Virus record (IMG/VR): IMGVR_UViG_3300005836_000061
Coordinates: 1 to 31,381 of that record
Length of the DNA: 31,381 bases
Source: a virus
Taxonomy: Duplodnaviria; Caudoviricetes
Strand: one strand, 5' to 3'
Shown here: piece after piece, positions 26,994-31,381 of the stretch
How positions within the stretch are numbered: the stretch's first letter is position 1
Layout of the letters: the number at the start of each line of letters is the position of its first letter
Notes under the pieces: generated by a model
The model's database searches: none
What the model saw: the letters and a program-made list of their open reading frames with translations, nothing else
Told to the model about the DNA's origin: nothing
Made by a program: the position numbers and the translations under genes

Positions 26994-28405
26994 TGATAGC
27001 AGCACCTTTTGCAGAGGAATTCGAAAAGGCACTACTGGTTGGCATACTTTCTGACCCTGAATTAGCTCCAAGAGTTTCGACAATACTAGAAGTCGATGAT
27101 TTTTATAGAGAAAGACACCGAGAAATATATAAAGAGATTTTAGGGATTGATATTGCCAATCTTGATTCATTGGCAGTGGAAGAGAGATTACATGACCCAG
27201 ATACCAAAGAATATTTTAGACAGTTAGTATCGGATAGCGATTCGTTACTACCGGGGCTGTCAAATATTTTATACTATGCTGAAACAATTAAAGACAAGGC
27301 TAAGTTACGTCGCGGCATAGAAATGGGCCGAGAAATCTCTGCTATTTGTTCTCAGGATAGTATCGCATCAGATGAAGCATTAGAAAAGTTAGAGAAAATG
27401 TTCTCTGGCTTTTTGCAAACACGGGTAAAAGACAATAAAGATGTTTCTACTAAAGACGCCTTTGTGGATTTTATTGATAGTCTCGGTGTACGAATTGATG
27501 ATACTTCTGGTGTTACTACTGGATTTAGGGGTGTTGACCTAATCCTTCACAAACTAGAGGGATTGATTGTTCTCGCTGCCAGACCGGGAGCAGGGAAAAC
27601 TGCGTTCGCTGCTAATATAGCACGCAACATAGGCGAACATAAGCCAGTGGTTTTCTTTTCATTGGAACAACCACGAGAGCAAATATTCGAACGAATACTT
27701 TCAGCCGAGTCCAATGTTCCCCTAGAAGATATTCGAACGGGAGTATTTATTGCCAATCCTGCACATGTTGACTCCATAGCAGCAGCAAAAGAACGTTTAT
27801 CGGAAGTTTTTGAGCGCGTTCATGTGGATGATACAAGTGCTATCTCAGCCTCATATATTGCATCTGTTGCGAGACAAAAGTTTTTTGAGTGGGGAGAGAT
27901 AGGTGTAATTATAGTAGATTATTTGCATATTATGCGTCTGGGAGAAAGAAATCTCGTTGAGGCTCTCGGGGACGCTGTAAAAGAGTTAAGAGCACTGGGA
28001 AGAGAATTAGAATGCCCCGTGTTACTGCTGTCACAACTTTCACGTCAGCCTGAAACTCAGACCAGCATGGGTGAGGGCGAAAAGAAGGTTAGACGCAGAC
28101 CAGAATTAACTGATTTGCGTTCATCAGGAGAGATTGAACAGTCTGCTGATGTAGTTATTTTCTTACACCGTGAATCATATTATGACCCAACAGGTTATAC
28201 ACCACGGGAAGATGAAGTGGAAATACTTATTAAGAAGAATAGAAATGGAAGGATTGGTATTACTAACTTGCTGTGGTACCCGCCCTACATGAAGTATCTA
28301 GACCGAGATAGTTTCGCTAGAACAGAGCCAGAAGAGGGCGGCATATGGGAACATCCCAAATTTGGAGTAGCGGCATTAGCGGAGGGTTACAGTGCGAGCG
28401 CCTAA
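26993..28405 (+). CDS. dnaB: Replicative DNA helicase, DnaB family
   Basis: N-domain E.ALLVGIL...DDFY...HR.IY; Walker A AARPGAGKT; FFSLE; IIVDYLHIM; LSQLSR; DLRSSGEIEQSADVVIFLHR; KNRNG. Confidence 0.97.
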   Translation: MIAAPFAEEFEKALLVGILSDPELAPRVSTILEVDDFYRERHREIYKEILGIDIANLDSLAVEERLHDPDTKEYFRQLVSDSDSLLPGLSNILYYAETIKDKAKLRRGIEMGREISAICSQDSIASDEALEKLEKMFSGFLQTRVKDNKDVSTKDAFVDFIDSLGVRIDDTSGVTTGFRGVDLILHKLEGLIVLAARPGAGKTAFAANIARNIGEHKPVVFFSLEQPREQIFERILSAESNVPLEDIRTGVFIANPAHVDSIAAAKERLSEVFERVHVDDTSAISASYIASVARQKFFEWGEIGVIIVDYLHIMRLGERNLVEALGDAVKELRALGRELECPVLLLSQLSRQPETQTSMGEGEKKVRRRPELTDLRSSGEIEQSADVVIFLHRESYYDPTGYTPREDEVEILIKKNRNGRIGITNLLWYPPYMKYLDRDSFARTEPEEGGIWEHPKFGVAALAEGYSASA

Positions 28406-28997
28406 GAAAGAGTATACATGCTCTAAATGTCGCGCAAAGTTTGCCAAGTTTTCAGGCTTCTGCCCATCCTGTAAATCAGCAGGAACATTAGCAGAGACAA
28501 CACTTGTTACTGCTTCTAGAGAGACGCCTGAGCGTAAGGCAATCAGACGGCGGTGGAAGACCCGAGAAAGGGACAAAGCCCGACGTATGACCACCGTAGA
28601 TGGTCATGACCCTGCCTTTAAGCACATCGCTTCTAGCACAGGTAAGATAGGAATGATTACTAATATCAGAGTTGATGCTGTGAGTATGACTTATGTTACG
28701 GAAGTTAAGAACCGGGATTTACCTAAATGGATTAACGATGCTTGGCTGTTAATCAATCAGAGAGCTATAGATTTTGGTAAGAATGCGCTCTTGCACATGG
28801 ACCCGCCTAATAGGGTAAAGGATTTTCCATTAAATGGGACAAAATATAAGTTGGGGGCGATGGATATAATCACTGAGACAAGGCACGAAGATTTGATTAT
28901 AAAAGAACAGAAACTAAATGGGGTTAATGAAATCATAGAATCTAAAGAGTCAAATATTATAAAGGTCAGAAAAATTACTGATATATTAGGGAGTTAG
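28392..28997 (+). CDS. Zn-ribbon plus PD-(D/E)XK nuclease, putative Holliday junction resolvase
   Basis: N-terminal YTCSKC...KFSGFCPSC...TLAE (RadA/Sms-like ribbon), then RER...RVDAV.....EVK (Hjc-like catalytic motif). Confidence 0.6.
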   Translation: MRAPKKEYTCSKCRAKFAKFSGFCPSCKSAGTLAETTLVTASRETPERKAIRRRWKTRERDKARRMTTVDGHDPAFKHIASSTGKIGMITNIRVDAVSMTYVTEVKNRDLPKWINDAWLLINQRAIDFGKNALLHMDPPNRVKDFPLNGTKYKLGAMDIITETRHEDLIIKEQKLNGVNEIIESKESNIIKVRKITDILGS

Positions 28998-29353
28998 TGA
29001 TATTATTTATGGCTATTGACAGGTTCGCATATAGGCGGGTATACTTAGCAGACGCAAATGAATCCCGTTTAAAGTCCTCCGGTTACAAAGAAAAGATTAA
29101 GAAAAGACGTGACAAGGCTAAACGTAATCAAATATTAGACCAAAGGAAAACTATGATAAATTCAGAATTTTGGGATAAGTTTTTATTGCTTGCAAAGGTG
29201 TGTTACATGCATGATGAGAATGCAGACCTTTACGATGTCTTTGAGACTTATAGGACCAACTTTATGGGTGGCTGGGAATCCTCTCCCGAACAATTTTCTA
29301 AGATAGATGAGATTATTGACAAAGAAGAAGAGTATGGTTTCTCAGGAGCCTAA
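28997..29353 (+). CDS. Hypothetical protein (basic N-half, acidic C-half)
   Basis: Overlaps the previous stop; the ATG at 29009 is an alternative start. Confidence 0.55.
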   Translation: MILFMAIDRFAYRRVYLADANESRLKSSGYKEKIKKRRDKAKRNQILDQRKTMINSEFWDKFLLLAKVCYMHDENADLYDVFETYRTNFMGGWESSPEQFSKIDEIIDKEEEYGFSGA

Positions 29354-29663
29354 TCTTAACGAACTTTTACCAGAGTTATTTGAAGAGGTTATGAATTACT
29401 TAGAGGATATAGATGTTGATAATGATGGAGAGCATTTATATAGTAATTATCAAAAAATTGCGGGGTATTCTATAAGACTAACTGAACTGCATAATCAAAT
29501 TCTATTACTAGAAATAACAGGTCGGGCAGATTCTGAGTTGAAAAAATTCAGAACTTTAATTTTAGATACTACTTTAGAGAGACTAGATAAATTAGCCCAG
29601 TTTGAATCACGTAAACTTACTGCTAAGTCTCTTGAAATGAGTTTAGATAAATATGAGCACTAG
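29334..29663 (+). CDS. Hypothetical helical/coiled-coil protein
   Basis: In frame with track ORF 29307..29663. The ATG at 29334 shortens the overlap and follows a purine-rich stretch. Confidence 0.55.
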   Translation: MVSQEPNLNELLPELFEEVMNYLEDIDVDNDGEHLYSNYQKIAGYSIRLTELHNQILLLEITGRADSELKKFRTLILDTTLERLDKLAQFESRKLTAKSLEMSLDKYEH

Positions 29664-29715
29664 CGAATATCAAAAACAATATGCAGACACACATAATCTA
29701 GAAAGGAAATAAAAA

Positions 29716-29982
29716 GTGAGCATTTTACAACCGATAGAGTCAGATATATTTGCAAGTACAACTAGAATTAATGATACGTGGCATTTATATCTTTCTTACG
29801 ATGGAAATATAACTAGCGCAGAGTTATATCATGTTCCTACGGGACTATGGGCAGCAGGACATGCTAAGCGTCTTCCAGAGGACGAATATAACGCAGAAAT
29901 TGGAGCAACTTTGGCATATTTCAGAGCTTTGGAAAGGGTTTCTCACAAAATTCTTCGAAAAGCATCTAGGGGCACGATATGA
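29716..29982 (+). CDS. Small phage protein with a dsRBD-like/Rv2632c (DUF1876)-like motif
   Basis: SD AAGGA; GHAKRLPEDEYNAEIGATLAYFRAL fits the G.A...P.D.....IG..LA..RAL signature. Confidence 0.6.
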   Translation: MSILQPIESDIFASTTRINDTWHLYLSYDGNITSAELYHVPTGLWAAGHAKRLPEDEYNAEIGATLAYFRALERVSHKILRKASRGTI

Positions 29983-30167
29983 CTAACGAAGAAGTACTAG
30001 TGTTTATAACAAGAAATACGTGTATATATGAAGGAATTCGGGAAGTCTCTGCACGTAAAATAGATGATGATAAACTAAGGGAATTAGTTTATGCTAGTCA
30101 AGCATATTTAGATGACCTTGATGATAGTATTCAAGAATTAGAAGATTATTTAGAGGAAATGTCATAG
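29979..30167 (+). CDS. Hypothetical acidic protein
   Basis: ATGA overlap with the previous gene. Confidence 0.55.
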   Translation: MTNEEVLVFITRNTCIYEGIREVSARKIDDDKLRELVYASQAYLDDLDDSIQELEDYLEEMS

Positions 30168-30430
30168 TGCAGTCAAGATTTTGGGTATCCACCCACGACA
30201 CGTTCGAAAAAGCTTTGAAGGCTAAAGAAGAACTTTCCTCAAAAAATGAGGGCAAAGTTTATCAGATACGTCGAGGATTTCAGAAGGGGAAAGAAAGATT
30301 TCGTCTTGTAGAAAGACTGAAAGGAAATGAGGCGAAAATTGTTAATGAGATTCATACGCCGACTGGTTACACCATCCGACGAAGTAAAAAGCAACGAAGA
30401 GAGCGAGAAGTTAACTCTATTTTGCGGTGA
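30167..30430 (+). CDS. Hypothetical basic protein
   Basis: GTG overlaps the upstream TAG; SD GAGGA. Confidence 0.55.
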   Translation: MQSRFWVSTHDTFEKALKAKEELSSKNEGKVYQIRRGFQKGKERFRLVERLKGNEAKIVNEIHTPTGYTIRRSKKQRREREVNSILR

Positions 30431-30599
30431 GTGTGGCACTCCACTTAGAGAAAAAAGGTTTGGGCCACTAACTAATAATAGTGTAGATATATATCAAATT
30501 TGTTCTAAAAATAGTTCTAGGCCCCACACAATGAAATTTATTCGTACTATAGAATACGAACCAAAATATGACAGCCTAACTGGAAAGAGAAATAGATAA
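30327..30599 (+). CDS. Hypothetical Zn-ribbon protein (start uncertain)
   Basis: FCGECG...C......H motif; its stop overlaps the next ATG (TAATG); it overlaps the previous ORF by up to 104 nt. Confidence 0.45.
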   Translation: MRRKLLMRFIRRLVTPSDEVKSNEESEKLTLFCGECGTPLREKRFGPLTNNSVDIYQICSKNSSRPHTMKFIRTIEYEPKYDSLTGKRNR

Positions 30600-31381
30600 T
30601 GGCATTACCACACATTTCATATAGCAGATTACATATGTTGGCCTGTCCCTACGCATCGTTCTTACGTTACGCAGGGAATGTTAAGGGGCCATCTACACCT
30701 TGGATAGCGCGGGGTAATGCTGTTCATGATGCTCTAGAACATTCATTCTCTGAATCAGGATTTGATTTAAATAAAGCAATAAATATTTTCAAGACAGAGT
30801 TTGCAAAGGAAGTAGAAGAAGAGAATGTTTCTGTAAATTGGGCAGCGTATAAAAAAATGGAAGCCGAAGCAATAGTTATGTTGGAGAATTTCAATGGCAA
30901 GATTGATTCAGGCGAAGTCTCACCGCAGCCTTTGGCATTGGAGAAGGAGTTTAAACTACCTTTCCTCGATACATATGTTGTCGGAAAAATCGACAAAGTT
31001 GACTTCACAGACGGAGAATATTTTGTTACCGACTATAAAACAGGAAAAGCCAAGCCAGACAAATGGTTCCTAAGACATAACTTACAGCTTACTGCATATG
31101 CGTGGGCTTGTTTAGAATTATACGGCCAGTTACCTAAGCAACTGATTTGGCACCACCTTGCAACCAATGAGATGCTTCTAACTGAACGTTCTTTGGCAGA
31201 CATAGATGATTTAAAGGCTATGATTGCTAATGCTATCGCTATGGACGAAGCTCAGATTAAGCACCGCATCTACCACGAGGATATTTGTGCTAAGTGCGAT
31301 TACGTCGGTGCCCTTTGTGATGACCGAGATTTGGAAGCAGAAATCGAGCAATCATTAGAAGATGGTACACGAATGCCTAAA
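30599..31381 (+). CDS. Cas4/RecB(AddB)-like PD-(D/E)XK exonuclease, 3'-truncated (absent from the ORF track)
   Basis: Manual translation: MALPHISYSRL...CP...RGNAVHDALE...LEKEF...GKIDKVD...TDYKTG...QLTAYAWA...CAKCDY...C. No stop before the window end. Confidence 0.88.
   Translation, partial: MALPHISYSRLHMLACPYASFLRYAGNVKGPSTPWIARGNAVHDALEHSFSESGFDLNKAINIFKTEFAKEVEEENVSVNWAAYKKMEAEAIVMLENFNGKIDSGEVSPQPLALEKEFKLPFLDTYVVGKIDKVDFTDGEYFVTDYKTGKAKPDKWFLRHNLQLTAYAWACLELYGQLPKQLIWHHLATNEMLLTERSLADIDDLKAMIANAIAMDEAQIKHRIYHEDICAKCDYVGALCDDRDLEAEIEQSLEDGTRMPK

Noticed and set aside
342-31008. Minus-strand and nested alternative-frame ORFs in the track (e.g. 7134..7775, 6618..6989, 25728..26117, 30724..31008, 25377..25586)
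   Set aside because: They are shadows of well-supported + strand genes and have no recognisable motifs. 25377..25586 also runs through the terminator.
1-31381. tRNA, rRNA, integrase, transposase, intron or intein
   Set aside because: None recognised. Intergenic gaps are short and DnaB is of normal length with contiguous motifs. A covariance-model scan was not possible.

Overview
This is a 31.4 kb piece of an AT-rich tailed dsDNA phage (siphovirus-like Caudoviricetes). All credible genes lie on the + strand and read cleanly in code 11. From left to right it holds neck and tail-completion genes, a major tail tube protein, a tail-assembly chaperone pair joined by a -1 frameshift, and an 1848-aa tape measure protein. 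An elaborate tail-tip block follows, then a GT4 glycosyltransferase and a lysis block (lysozyme-like enzyme, C39-like peptidase, acidic peptide, holin; no recognisable spanins, so the host is probably monoderm). After a terminator/promoter boundary comes a replication/recombination block: gp32-like SSB, DnaB helicase, a Zn-ribbon PD-(D/E)XK nuclease, small ORFs and a truncated Cas4/RecB-like exonuclease. The most unusual signal is that the tail is built from paired copies at several levels. The tube protein contains two tube-like halves. There are two Dit paralogues, one bare and one fused behind about 1,185 aa of 14-aa/56-aa repeats with PPC-like and LamG-like domains. There are also two baseplate adaptor paralogues (one decorated, one bare) and two small Cys-containing paralogues. 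This suggests a pseudo-hexameric 3+3 heteromeric tail tip. Product calls come from motif recognition by eye; no database searches were run.
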